From assembly GCA_963730935.1 (NCBI GenBank), contig CAVSTP010000003.1:608001-672000 (forward strand): a stretch of DNA of 64,000 bases, given 5' to 3'. How positions within the stretch are numbered: position 1 is the stretch's first letter; every line of letters begins with the position of its first letter. This document shows positions 42,897 through 53,150 of this stretch, piece after piece. The notes under the pieces are model-generated. The model ran no database searches and had not been told where the DNA came from. It worked only from the letters and a program-made list of their open reading frames with translations. This stretch comes from an uncultured Nitrospiraceae bacterium (lineage in GTDB: Bacteria; Nitrospirota; Nitrospiria; Nitrospirales; Nitrospiraceae). The position numbers were made by a program, and so were the translations under genes.

Positions 42897-45302
42897 ATGG
42901 GAAATGCACTTTCGGATAAAGAGCTGAAGCTGATTGATGCGTATTGGCGGGCGGCGAATTATCTCTCCGTCGGTCAGATCTACTTGTTCGACAACCCGCT
43001 GTTGAAACAACCGCTGAAGAAAGAGCACATCAAACCCCGCCTGCTCGGCCACTGGGGTACGACGCCGGGGCTGAATTTTCTCTATGCGCACTTGAATCGA
43101 GTGATCAAGCAGCGGGACCTGAACATGATGTACATCATCGGTCCAGGGCACGGCGGTCCCGCGATCGTGGCCAACGCTTACATGGAGGGGACCTACTCGG
43201 AAGTGTATCCGAACATGGCTCAGGACGAAGAGGGCATGAAGCGGCTGTTCAAGCAGTTTTCATTTCCGGGCGGCATTCCGAGTCACGTGGCGCCGGAGAC
43301 TCCCGGCTCCATCCATGAGGGCGGTGAATTGGGCTACGCGGTGTCGCATGCCTATGGCGCGGCGTACGACAATCCCGACCTGATCGTCGCCTGCGTCGTC
43401 GGAGACGGGGAGGCCGAAACCGGTCCGCTGGCGACGTCGTGGCACTCGAACAAGTTTCTCAACCCACTCACCGACGGCGTCGTGCTCCCGATTCTGCATT
43501 TGAACGGCTACAAGATCGCCAACCCCTGTGTGCTGGCCCGCATCAGCCATCAGGAGTTGGACCAGCTCTTCCGGGGCTACGGCTACACCCCGTATTTTGT
43601 CGAGGGAAGCGATCCCGAGAAGATGCACCAGATCATGGCGGCGACGCTCGACACGATCATTGAAGACATACACCGCATCAAGACTGAGGCGCGGCGGACG
43701 GGTGCCAAGAAGCGGCCGCTGTGGCCGATGATCATTCTTCGTTCTCCCAAAGGATGGACCTGTCCAAAAGAAATTGACGGGAAACGGTGCGAGGACTACT
43801 GGCGGAGCCATCAAGTGCCGATGGGCGACATGGAAAAGACAGAACACGTCAAGATCCTCGAAAAATGGATGAAGAGCTACAAGCCGGAAGACCTCTTCGA
43901 CAAGACCGGCCGCCTGAAACCTGAGTTGGCGGAGATGCCGCCGAAGGGTGATCGCCGCATGAGTGCTAATCCGCATGCCAACGGCGGGCTGCTGCTCAGG
44001 GATTTGCGGTTGCCCGACTATCAGGACTATGCGGTCCAAGTCGTCAAGCCCGGCGCGACGACGGCAGAATCCACCCGCCACATGGGAAAGTTCTTGCGCG
44101 ACACGATGAAGCTGAATCTGGAAAGCCGTAATTTTCGTCTGTTCAGTCCTGACGAGAACAACTCAAATCGCTGGCAGGACGTGTTGGAAGTCACGAATCG
44201 CGCTTGGATGGCGGAGAGTTTTCCATATGATGATCACCTGGCGCCGGATGGCCGCGTGATGGAAATGCTGAGCGAGCACCAGTGCCAGGGATGGCTGGAA
44301 GGGTATCTCCTGACGGGTCGGCACGGGTTCTTTTCCTGCTATGAGGCGTTCATCCACATCATCGATTCCATGTTCAATCAGCACGCCAAATGGCTGAAGG
44401 TCTGTAACGAGATCCCCTGGCGGAGATCCATCGCCTCGCTCAACTATTTGCTGAGCTCTCATGTGTGGCGGCAGGACCACAACGGATTCAGCCATCAGGA
44501 CCCGGGCTTCATCGATCACGTCGTCAATAAGAAAGCCGACGTCGTGAGGGTCTATCTGCCACCCGATGCGAACACGCTCTTGTCCGTGACCGATCACTGC
44601 CTGCGCAGCAGGAACTACGTCAACGTCATCGTGGCGGGTAAGCAGCCGGCACCGCAATGGCTGACGATGGACCAGGCGATCAAGCATTGTGCGGCCGGTA
44701 TCGGCATTTGGGAATGGGCGAGCAACGACAAAGGCTCAGATCCCGACGTCGTCATGGCGTGTTGCGGGGACGTGCCCACGCTCGAAACACTCGCCGCCGT
44801 GGACATTATCCGGCAGTACGTTCCGGCTTTGAAGATCCGCGTCGTGAACGTGGTAAATCTCATGAAATTACAGCCGCCCAGCGAGCATCCGCACGGTCTT
44901 TCGGACTTCGATTTCGATGCACTCTTTACGAAAGACAAGCCCGTGGTGTTCGCCTTCCACGGCTACCCGTGGTTGATTCATCGTCTCACCTATCGAAGGA
45001 CCAATCACAAGAACCTCCACGTGCGTGGGTACAAAGAGGAAGGCACGACCAGCACGCCGTTCGACATGGTCGTCATGAACGATCTCGACCGGTTCCACCT
45101 CATTGGCGATGTCGTGGACCGCTTGCCGCAACTTGGGTCTCGGGCTGCCTATGCCAAACAGGCGATCCAGGAGAAGCTGCTCGAGCACAAGCAATACATT
45201 GCCAAATACGGCGAGGACATGCCCGAGATCACCAATTGGCAATGGGGGCAGGGAAGTGGCAAGACGAAGCGCACAAGCTCAACGGAAGGCGACAACGTCT
45301 AG
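42897..45302 (+). CDS. xfp: Xylulose-5-P/fructose-6-P phosphoketolase
   Basis: [50 protein letters not shown]. Confidence 0.97.
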   Translation: MGNALSDKELKLIDAYWRAANYLSVGQIYLFDNPLLKQPLKKEHIKPRLLGHWGTTPGLNFLYAHLNRVIKQRDLNMMYIIGPGHGGPAIVANAYMEGTYSEVYPNMAQDEEGMKRLFKQFSFPGGIPSHVAPETPGSIHEGGELGYAVSHAYGAAYDNPDLIVACVVGDGEAETGPLATSWHSNKFLNPLTDGVVLPILHLNGYKIANPCVLARISHQELDQLFRGYGYTPYFVEGSDPEKMHQIMAATLDTIIEDIHRIKTEARRTGAKKRPLWPMIILRSPKGWTCPKEIDGKRCEDYWRSHQVPMGDMEKTEHVKILEKWMKSYKPEDLFDKTGRLKPELAEMPPKGDRRMSANPHANGGLLLRDLRLPDYQDYAVQVVKPGATTAESTRHMGKFLRDTMKLNLESRNFRLFSPDENNSNRWQDVLEVTNRAWMAESFPYDDHLAPDGRVMEMLSEHQCQGWLEGYLLTGRHGFFSCYEAFIHIIDSMFNQHAKWLKVCNEIPWRRSIASLNYLLSSHVWRQDHNGFSHQDPGFIDHVVNKKADVVRVYLPPDANTLLSVTDHCLRSRNYVNVIVAGKQPAPQWLTMDQAIKHCAAGIGIWEWASNDKGSDPDVVMACCGDVPTLETLAAVDIIRQYVPALKIRVVNVVNLMKLQPPSEHPHGLSDFDFDALFTKDKPVVFAFHGYPWLIHRLTYRRTNHKNLHVRGYKEEGTTSTPFDMVVMNDLDRFHLIGDVVDRLPQLGSRAAYAKQAIQEKLLEHKQYIAKYGEDMPEITNWQWGQGSGKTKRTSSTEGDNV

Positions 45303-45333
45303 TTGCATCTTCTCCTTGTCGGAGGAGGGTTAA

Positions 45334-47808
45334 ATGACACAGGAACAGCTCCAACACTTGCTGCAGCAATACGGCGTGGGGCCCATCCAATTTTCCGGCA
45401 ATCACGACGCCCTGTATGAACGGCATTTGACCTTCGATAACGTCGTTGATCTCAAGAGCGCGACCATGCGGGAACGGTTTGAAGCGGCGGCGCATGCCAT
45501 CCGCGACATCGTGTCGCAACGCTGGCTGCTGACGGAGAAAACGTATGCCGAGAAGAATCCGAAGCGGGTCTATTACCTGTCGATGGAATATCTCCTGGGG
45601 AGGTCGTTTGCCAACAACATGACGAATGCGCTACTCCGCCCATTGGCAGCCGAACGTCAAAAACACCTAGGTCTAGATCCATTTGCATTGATCGAAAGTG
45701 AGCCGGATGCCGGACTGGGCAACGGCGGCCTTGGCAGATTGGCCGCCTGTTTCATCGATTCGATGGCGACGATGGAGATTCCAGGCATGGGGTACGGCCT
45801 GCGCTATGAGTACGGGATTTTCAAGCAAACGATCCAGGACGGGTGGCAACGGGAGCAGCCGGATAACTGGCTTCGGAGACCGGATCCTTGGGAGGTCGTG
45901 CGGCCGGATGATGCGGTCGAGGTGAAACTGAATTGTACGTTCGAACTTCGGGAAGGCATGCTGCGTCCCATCGTCGGTCGGCCTTCGGTTCTCCTCGGCA
46001 TCCCGTTCGATCGTCCGGTCATCGGTTACGGGGGCAAAACCATCAATACGCTGCGGCTCTGGGCGGCGAGCACTCCGGATTTTTTTGATTTTCAGCTGTT
46101 CAGTCGAGGGCATTTCGTGGGGGCGTTCGCAGAGATGCTTGCTGCGGAATCACTCACGCGCGTGCTCTACCCCGATGACTCGACAATCAGGGGGCAAGGT
46201 TTGCGATTTTTGCAAGAGTATTTTTTGGTGGCCTGTTCGCTGGGCGATCTGGTTCGGCGCTTTCGTCGTGGCAATCAAGATTGGAATGCTCTTCCGGAAA
46301 AAGCCGCCATCCAGTTGAATGACACCCATCCCACCATGGCCGTTCCCGAACTCATGCGTATCCTGCTCGATGAGGCCCATCTGGGATGGGATCAGGCCTG
46401 GGATCTCACACAACGGACGCTTGCCTATACGAACCATACCCTGTTGCCGGAGGCGTTGGAGACATGGCCGCTCGAATGGTTCGACGATATGCTGCCGCGG
46501 CATCTTGAAATTATTCTCGAGATCAACCGCCGCCTGCTGGAGGTGGTTCGAAACCGTTTTCCCGGAGACGACGGACGGCTAGCACGCGTCAGCCTTGTCG
46601 AGGAAGGGCAGCGGCGCAAGATCCGTATGGCCAACCTGGCGATTGTCGGGTCGCACAGCACCAACGGTGTGGCCGCCATCCATTCCAAGCTGCTCCGGAC
46701 GATGACCGTCAAGGACCTGGCCGACCTCTATCCCGAGCGGTTCAACAACAAGACCAACGGCGTTACCCCGCGGCGATGGCTGCTCCTGGCGAATCCGGCC
46801 CTCTCATCTGTGATTACCGAGGCCATCGGCGACGGATGGATTACCGATCTGAGCAAGCTTGCGCAGCTCAAGAAATTGGCCGACGATCCTCAATATCAAG
46901 AGGCGTTCCGCAAAGCAAAACGTGAAGCGAAGACGGCCTTTGCCCAGTGGCTTAAGACGACGTCCGGTCAATCCGTCGATCCGGACAGCATGTTCGATTG
47001 CCAAGTCAAACGCATTCACGAATACAAGCGGCAGCTGTTGAACGCGCTGCGCATCGTCGTGCTGTACAACCGCCTCCGTGAGAACCCCAACATGAGGATG
47101 GCCCCTCGAACGTTCTTTTTTGCCGGCAAAGCCGCGCCGGCCTATCACCTGGCCAAGGTCATCATCAAGTTCGTGAGCAATCTCGCCGGCACCATCGACG
47201 GGGATCCGAACGCTCGGGGAAAGATCAAAGTGGTATTCCTGCCCGAGTATTGCGTTTCGCTCGCCGAGCGGTTGATTCCCGCCACCGATGTCTCCAATCA
47301 GATTTCGACGGCCGGGTATGAGGCCAGCGGCACGAGCAATATGAAGTTCATGATGAATGGCGCGTTGACCTTGGGGACGCGAGACGGCGCTACGATCGAA
47401 ATGGCGGAGGAAGCGGGGGAGGATAACTTCTTTCTCTTCGGCCTCACGGCGGACCAAGTGGCGGGGAGCCGAGGTTGGTACGACCCATGGTGGCACTATG
47501 AACATGAGCCGCAAACGAGAGCGGCGCTCGATCTGATCTTCTCCAACTACTTCAGCCGGAATGAACCGGGAGCCTTTGCGCCGCTGGAACATGCGTTGCT
47601 GACGGGCGGGGATCATTACATGCATTTGGCCGACTTGACGTCCTACGTGAACGCCGACCGCGACGTCACCGATCTGTACGCCGACGCGAACGGTTGGGCG
47701 CGCAAGGCGATCTTGAACATTGCGGCCTCAGGGAAGTTCTCCAGCGATCGGACGATCGCCGAATATGCCGCGGGGATTTGGAATGTAAAGCCCTGTCCCG
47801 TTTCCTGA
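45334..47808 (+). CDS. glgP: Glycogen/starch phosphorylase
   Basis: LGNGGLGRLAAC, QLNDTHP, KRIHEYKRQ, PLP site EASGTSNMK. Confidence 0.97.
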   Translation: MTQEQLQHLLQQYGVGPIQFSGNHDALYERHLTFDNVVDLKSATMRERFEAAAHAIRDIVSQRWLLTEKTYAEKNPKRVYYLSMEYLLGRSFANNMTNALLRPLAAERQKHLGLDPFALIESEPDAGLGNGGLGRLAACFIDSMATMEIPGMGYGLRYEYGIFKQTIQDGWQREQPDNWLRRPDPWEVVRPDDAVEVKLNCTFELREGMLRPIVGRPSVLLGIPFDRPVIGYGGKTINTLRLWAASTPDFFDFQLFSRGHFVGAFAEMLAAESLTRVLYPDDSTIRGQGLRFLQEYFLVACSLGDLVRRFRRGNQDWNALPEKAAIQLNDTHPTMAVPELMRILLDEAHLGWDQAWDLTQRTLAYTNHTLLPEALETWPLEWFDDMLPRHLEIILEINRRLLEVVRNRFPGDDGRLARVSLVEEGQRRKIRMANLAIVGSHSTNGVAAIHSKLLRTMTVKDLADLYPERFNNKTNGVTPRRWLLLANPALSSVITEAIGDGWITDLSKLAQLKKLADDPQYQEAFRKAKREAKTAFAQWLKTTSGQSVDPDSMFDCQVKRIHEYKRQLLNALRIVVLYNRLRENPNMRMAPRTFFFAGKAAPAYHLAKVIIKFVSNLAGTIDGDPNARGKIKVVFLPEYCVSLAERLIPATDVSNQISTAGYEASGTSNMKFMMNGALTLGTRDGATIEMAEEAGEDNFFLFGLTADQVAGSRGWYDPWWHYEHEPQTRAALDLIFSNYFSRNEPGAFAPLEHALLTGGDHYMHLADLTSYVNADRDVTDLYADANGWARKAILNIAASGKFSSDRTIAEYAAGIWNVKPCPVS

Positions 47809-47837
47809 CAAGCGCGTGCACCGAACAGGTAGGTGTC

Positions 47838-48449
47838 ATGAACGAACATCTTCCCATCGTCTATCTCGCGAGGCACGGTGAAACGGCATGGACGATTTCG
47901 GGGCAGCACACAGGGCTGACCGATCTGCCGTTGACCGAACGCGGTGAGCGCACAGCCCGCAGACTAGGCGAACGGCTCAAAGGGTTGACGTTTGACTTAG
48001 TATTGACCAGTCCCCTGCAGCGGGCGGCCAGGACCTGCGAGCTTGCCGGCTTCAAGTCGGCGGCTGAAGTCGATAAAGACCTGGTGGAATGGGACTATGG
48101 TCAATATGAGGGACGCCGGACGGCCGACATTCTCGCGGAACGCCCGGGCTGGGAGTTGTTCCGCGACGGCTGTCCCGGAGGAGAGTCACCTCAACAAGTC
48201 AGCGTACGGGCCGACCGGGTGGTGAAGCGAGTGCGTGAGGTGGACGGAGACGTTCTCATCTTCACGAGCGGACATGTCATGCGAGTGCTCGCGGTGCGCT
48301 GGCTGGGGCTTGAGCCCTCGGTCAACTGCAAGTTCTTCATGCTGAGCACGGCGAGCCTGAGCGCCTTGGGGTATGAACACAATCGGTCCCGGCCGGTGAT
48401 ACGACTCTGGAACGAAACTCGTCACGTCGAGATGGGGCAGAACGATTGA
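47838..48449 (+). CDS. Histidine phosphatase (Shb17/Gpm2-like, candidate sugar bisphosphatase)
   Basis: ARHGETAW.ISGQHTGLTDLPLT, SPLQRA, EWDYGQYEG, CPGGES, SGH. Confidence 0.85.
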   Translation: MNEHLPIVYLARHGETAWTISGQHTGLTDLPLTERGERTARRLGERLKGLTFDLVLTSPLQRAARTCELAGFKSAAEVDKDLVEWDYGQYEGRRTADILAERPGWELFRDGCPGGESPQQVSVRADRVVKRVREVDGDVLIFTSGHVMRVLAVRWLGLEPSVNCKFFMLSTASLSALGYEHNRSRPVIRLWNETRHVEMGQND

Positions 48450-48477
48450 ACGATCATAGCGAAAAGGGACGGCAATC

Positions 48478-50154
48478 ATGACCACGACCGCACGCAGCGC
48501 TCGCCCGAAGCTCAAGCGAATGACATTTCTCCCACGGCGGAAAGCCTGGAAGGCGCTGCAAGCTCATTATAAGGCTATGCAGGAGGTGCATCTGCGCACG
48601 TTGTTTGCGGAGGATGCTCAGCGAGGCACACGCTTGACCGCTGAAGCCGCAGGACTGTTTCTGGATTATTCCAAGAACCGGGTGACAGACGAGACCATCC
48701 GGCTGCTCGTACAGCTGGCCGAGGAGTCCGGGCTGCGCGACCGCATCGAGGCCATGTTCAGAGGCGACAAAATCAATGTGACGGAACATCGAGCGGTCCT
48801 GCATGTCGCCTTACGCGCACCGCGTGAAGCGTCAATTATGGTCGATGGTGAGAATGTGGTGCCCAAAGTCCATGCGGTGCTGGATCAAATGACCGTCTTT
48901 GCGAACCGTGTGCGGAGCGGCGATTGGAAGGGCCATACGGGCAAGCGGATCAAGAACGTCGTGAATATCGGCATCGGCGGATCGGACCTGGGACCGGTCA
49001 TGGCTTATGAGGCGCTCAAGTACTACAGCGAGCGGTCCATGACGTTCCGGTTCGTTTCAAATGTCGACGGGACCGATTTCACAGAAGCCGTCCGTGATCT
49101 CCAGCCCGATGAGACCTTGTTCATCGTGTCCTCAAAAACGTTCACGACGCTCGAAACCATGACCAACGCCAACAGCGCGCGCGAGTGGTCGCTCGCGGGC
49201 CTGGGCGGCGAACCGGCCGCAGTGGCGAAGCATTTTGTTGCGGTCTCCACGAATGCGGCGGAAGTCGGAAAGTTCGGCATCGACACCGCGAACATGTTTC
49301 CATTCTGGGATTGGGTGGGCGGCCGCTACTCGATGTTCTCGGCGATCGGACTCTCGACGATGCTGGCGATCGGTCCCGAGCAGTTCCGCGCCATGCTCAA
49401 TGGCGCTCATCAGATCGACGAGCATTTCCGCACCGCGTCCTTGGCAGAGAATCTCCCGGTACTCATGGGATTGCTCACGGTCTGGTACGTCAATTTCTTG
49501 GGGGCTGAGACCGTCGGGGTATTGCCCTATGAGCAGTATTTGAAACGATTCCCCGCCTATCTGCAGCAATTAACGATGGAGAGCAACGGCAAACACGTCA
49601 CCATCGACGGCAAGGGGGTGTCCTACGACACCGGCCCCGTGTTTTGGGGAGAGCCTGGGACCAACGGGCAACATTCGTTTTATCAGCTCATCCATCAGGG
49701 CACGAGGCTGATTCCTTGCGACTTCATCGCCTTTCACCGGTCGCTCAATCCGCTCGGCCGACACCACGAGTTGTTGGTGGCCAATGTCTTCGCGCAAACC
49801 GAGGCGCTGGCATTCGGCAAGACGGCCGAGGAGGTAAGAGCGGAGGGGACGCCGGAGTGGCTCGTGCCGCACCGGGTGTTCGAGGGAAACCGTCCCTCCA
49901 ATACGCTGTTCGCCGAGAGGTTGACGCCCGAGATGCTCGGCAAACTGGTCGCGCTGTACGAACACTCCGTGTTCACGCAAGGCATCATTTGGACCATCGA
50001 CTCATTCGACCAGTGGGGGGTCGAGCTGGGCAAGGTGTTGGCTCAACGCATCATTCCGGAGCTCGAAAGTCAGGAAGAGCCTGCGCTCAAACACGATAGT
50101 TCAACGAATCATCTGATTGGACGCCACCGTGCAAGGGCCCGCTCCAAGACGTAG
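48478..50154 (+). CDS. pgi: Glucose-6-phosphate isomerase
   Basis: [34 protein letters not shown]. Confidence 0.97.
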   Translation: MTTTARSARPKLKRMTFLPRRKAWKALQAHYKAMQEVHLRTLFAEDAQRGTRLTAEAAGLFLDYSKNRVTDETIRLLVQLAEESGLRDRIEAMFRGDKINVTEHRAVLHVALRAPREASIMVDGENVVPKVHAVLDQMTVFANRVRSGDWKGHTGKRIKNVVNIGIGGSDLGPVMAYEALKYYSERSMTFRFVSNVDGTDFTEAVRDLQPDETLFIVSSKTFTTLETMTNANSAREWSLAGLGGEPAAVAKHFVAVSTNAAEVGKFGIDTANMFPFWDWVGGRYSMFSAIGLSTMLAIGPEQFRAMLNGAHQIDEHFRTASLAENLPVLMGLLTVWYVNFLGAETVGVLPYEQYLKRFPAYLQQLTMESNGKHVTIDGKGVSYDTGPVFWGEPGTNGQHSFYQLIHQGTRLIPCDFIAFHRSLNPLGRHHELLVANVFAQTEALAFGKTAEEVRAEGTPEWLVPHRVFEGNRPSNTLFAERLTPEMLGKLVALYEHSVFTQGIIWTIDSFDQWGVELGKVLAQRIIPELESQEEPALKHDSSTNHLIGRHRARARSKT

Positions 50155-50170
50155 CTGAGTCTCGTCAAGC

Positions 50171-52294
50171 ATGAATGACAGACCACGCACTCTGCGCAGC
50201 GATTCTCCCGCTCGTTCAGAACGATCAGCCCTGTGGTCTCAAGGCGCGAGTGCCCCTCTCGGCGCGACCGTCACGGAAGGCGGTGTCAATTTCAGCATCT
50301 CCTCACGCGACGCCACCCACCTCGAACTGCTCTTCTTCGATCAGGCGGATGACCCGAAGCCATCGCAGATCTTCGAACTGGATCCGCGCGGGCACCGCAC
50401 GTATCACTACTGGCATGTCTTCGTGCCGGGCGTTTGCCCAGGACAACTCTACGGCTTCCGCGCTCACGGTCCCTTCGATCCCGCGCGGGGAATGCGTTTT
50501 GATCCTACTAAAGTGCTGCTCGATCCCTATGGTCGCGGTGTCGTCGTTCCGGAACAATACAGCCGTATCGCTGCCGGTCAGGATGGCGACAATGCTGCGA
50601 CAGCGATGAAGAGTGTGGTGGTGGATCCGTCCGCATATGATTGGGAGAATGAGCTGCCGCTCAGGCATCCTGACGCTCGGACCATCATCTACGAGATGCA
50701 CGTGCGCGGCTTTACGCGGCACCCAAGGTCGGGAGTCGCCGAACACGAGCGCGGCACCTATGCCGGCCTGATCGAAAAGATTCCCTATCTGCAGGAGTTG
50801 AGCATCACGGCCGTCGAGCTGCTGCCGATATTCCAGTTCGACGCTCAGGACTCCCCGCCGGGCAAAGTCAATTATTGGGGTTACGCACCGGTGTCCTTCT
50901 TTGCGCCCCATCAGGCCTATAGCTCTCGTCGAGAGCCTCTCGGGGCGGTCAACGAATTTCGCGACATGGTCAAAGCGCTCCATCGAGCCGGCATCGAGGT
51001 CATTCTCGATGTCGTCTTCAATCACACGGCCGAAGGAGACGAATGCGGGCCAACCCTCAGTTTCCGCGGCCTGGACAACAATGCGTACTACATCCTCGAG
51101 GAGGACCGATCGCATTACGCCAATTACACGGGCACCGGCAACACGCTGAATGCGAACCATCCCGTGGTCCGCCGCATGATCGTGGACAGTCTGCGTTATT
51201 GGGTGCAGGAGATGCACGTGGATGGATTCCGGTTCGATCTCGCGTCGATCCTGACGCGTGATGAGAACGGTCAGGTGATGCCAAGTCCACCGGTCTTGTG
51301 GGATATCGAATCAGACCCGTCGCTCGCCGGCACGAAACTGATTGCGGAAGCCTGGGATGCCGCCGGCCTCTACCAGGTCGGCAGTTTCATCGGAGATTGC
51401 TGGAAGGAATGGAACGGGCGCTTCCGGGACGACGTCCGCAGTTTCTTCCGCGGCGAAGAGGGATCGTTGGGCCGGTTTGCCGATCGCTTGGTCGGCAGCC
51501 CGGAAATTTACGCGCACAAGCAGCGCGAGCCGGAGCAAAGCGTAAACTTCGTGACCTGTCACGACGGCTTCACGATGAACGACCTGGTCTCCTACAACGG
51601 AAAGCACAACGAGGCGAACGGTGAAGGCAACCGCGACGGCGCCGACGACAACCGGAGCTGGAATTGCGGCGTTGAAGGGCCGACCGATGATGCGGCCATC
51701 GAAGAGCTCCGAAACCGCCAGGTAAAGAATTTCCTCACTGTCACGCTGCTCTCGATCGGCGTCCCGATGATTCTGATGGGCGATGAGGTGCGAAGGACGC
51801 AGCATGGCAACAACAATGCCTACTGCCACGATAACGAGCTCAACTGGTTCGATTGGACCCTGGTGGCCAAACATGCCGATGTCCATCGGTTTGTGACACT
51901 GCTCAACCAACGACGGATTTTGCGGCCTGTCGAGCACGAACGCCAACGGATGACTCTCGCTCAGCTCATCCAGCAGGCCAATAAATCGTGGCATGGAGTG
52001 AAAGTTGGGCAGCCTGACTGGAGTCCGACTTCTCACAGCGTGGCGCTGAACGCGGAGATCAAACACGAAGGATTTGTAGGGTATTTTATCTTCAACGCTT
52101 ACTGGGAACATCTGGAATTCGAGCTGCCGATGCCCCCTGGCAGCCCATGGCGCCGGTGGATTGATACCGCGCTCGACTCGCCGATGGATATTGTTCCGTG
52201 GCGGACCCTGGTTCCCGTTACCGGTCTTGCCTATCAGGTCCAACCGCGGTCGGTGGTCGTATTGGTTGCCGACCTCACGGGCACTTCAAGATGA
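50171..52294 (+). CDS. glgX: Glycogen debranching enzyme (isoamylase)
   Basis: NYWGY, DVVFNHT, DGFRFDLA, IAEAWD, NFVTCHDGF, NNNAYC. Confidence 0.95.
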   Translation: MNDRPRTLRSDSPARSERSALWSQGASAPLGATVTEGGVNFSISSRDATHLELLFFDQADDPKPSQIFELDPRGHRTYHYWHVFVPGVCPGQLYGFRAHGPFDPARGMRFDPTKVLLDPYGRGVVVPEQYSRIAAGQDGDNAATAMKSVVVDPSAYDWENELPLRHPDARTIIYEMHVRGFTRHPRSGVAEHERGTYAGLIEKIPYLQELSITAVELLPIFQFDAQDSPPGKVNYWGYAPVSFFAPHQAYSSRREPLGAVNEFRDMVKALHRAGIEVILDVVFNHTAEGDECGPTLSFRGLDNNAYYILEEDRSHYANYTGTGNTLNANHPVVRRMIVDSLRYWVQEMHVDGFRFDLASILTRDENGQVMPSPPVLWDIESDPSLAGTKLIAEAWDAAGLYQVGSFIGDCWKEWNGRFRDDVRSFFRGEEGSLGRFADRLVGSPEIYAHKQREPEQSVNFVTCHDGFTMNDLVSYNGKHNEANGEGNRDGADDNRSWNCGVEGPTDDAAIEELRNRQVKNFLTVTLLSIGVPMILMGDEVRRTQHGNNNAYCHDNELNWFDWTLVAKHADVHRFVTLLNQRRILRPVEHERQRMTLAQLIQQANKSWHGVKVGQPDWSPTSHSVALNAEIKHEGFVGYFIFNAYWEHLEFELPMPPGSPWRRWIDTALDSPMDIVPWRTLVPVTGLAYQVQPRSVVVLVADLTGTSR

Positions 52295-52324
52295 ATATTC
52301 GTAGTGTTTTGAGAGGAGTGAGCT

Positions 52325-53140
52325 ATGGCAAAAGACGGTAAGGGAGACGGCAACGGCAATTCCAAACTCAAGCGCAAGGAATACGAGAAGGAGCTGCGCC
52401 GGCTGCAGGCCGAATTGTGCCACCTTCAGGCCTGGGTAAAGCACAAGGGGCTTCGAATCATTATCCTGTTCGAAGGCCGCGATGGCGCTGGGAAAGGGGG
52501 GACCATTCGCGCCATTACCGAGCGTGTCAGTCCCCGTGTGTTCCGCGTGGTGGCGTTGCCTGCCCCCTCCGATCGCGAAAAGACGCAGATGTACTTACAA
52601 CGCTACATGACGCACTTCCCGGCGGCGGGTGAGATCGTGATTTTTGACCGGAGCTGGTACAACCGGGCAGGAGTCGAACATGTCATGGGCTTTTGCACCA
52701 AGGAGCAGTACAAAGCCTTTCTCGAACATGCGCCGACGGTCGAGGGCTACATCACCAAGGCAGGCATCCGACTGGTCAAGTACTGGCTCGAGGTCAGCAA
52801 TGACGAGCAAGAACGGCGCTTCCAGGCTCGCCTCGATGACCCGTTACGCCAGTGGAAACTCAGTCCGATAGATCTTCCTTCGCGGGAGAAATGGTACGAG
52901 TACTCGCGCGCACGCGACCGGATGCTGGAGGCCACGGACTCGAAGCACGCACCCTGGCATCTCGTGCGGTCGGACAATAAGCGAAGGGCGCGATTGAATA
53001 TTATCAAACACTTCTTGAGTTCTATCCCCTACAAAAAGATGCCCTATAAGAAGGTCAAGCTGCCCAAGCGATCGCACAAGCATGAATATGACGACCAGGC
53101 GACGCTGAAGGGAAGGAAGTTCATTCCCGAGGTGTACTGA
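52325..53140 (+). CDS. ppk2: Polyphosphate kinase 2 (single domain)
   Basis: EGRDGAGKGG, FDRSWYNRAGVE, WKLSPID. Confidence 0.95.
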   Translation: MAKDGKGDGNGNSKLKRKEYEKELRRLQAELCHLQAWVKHKGLRIIILFEGRDGAGKGGTIRAITERVSPRVFRVVALPAPSDREKTQMYLQRYMTHFPAAGEIVIFDRSWYNRAGVEHVMGFCTKEQYKAFLEHAPTVEGYITKAGIRLVKYWLEVSNDEQERRFQARLDDPLRQWKLSPIDLPSREKWYEYSRARDRMLEATDSKHAPWHLVRSDNKRRARLNIIKHFLSSIPYKKMPYKKVKLPKRSHKHEYDDQATLKGRKFIPEVY

Positions 53141-53150
53141 GGAGGCGCAC

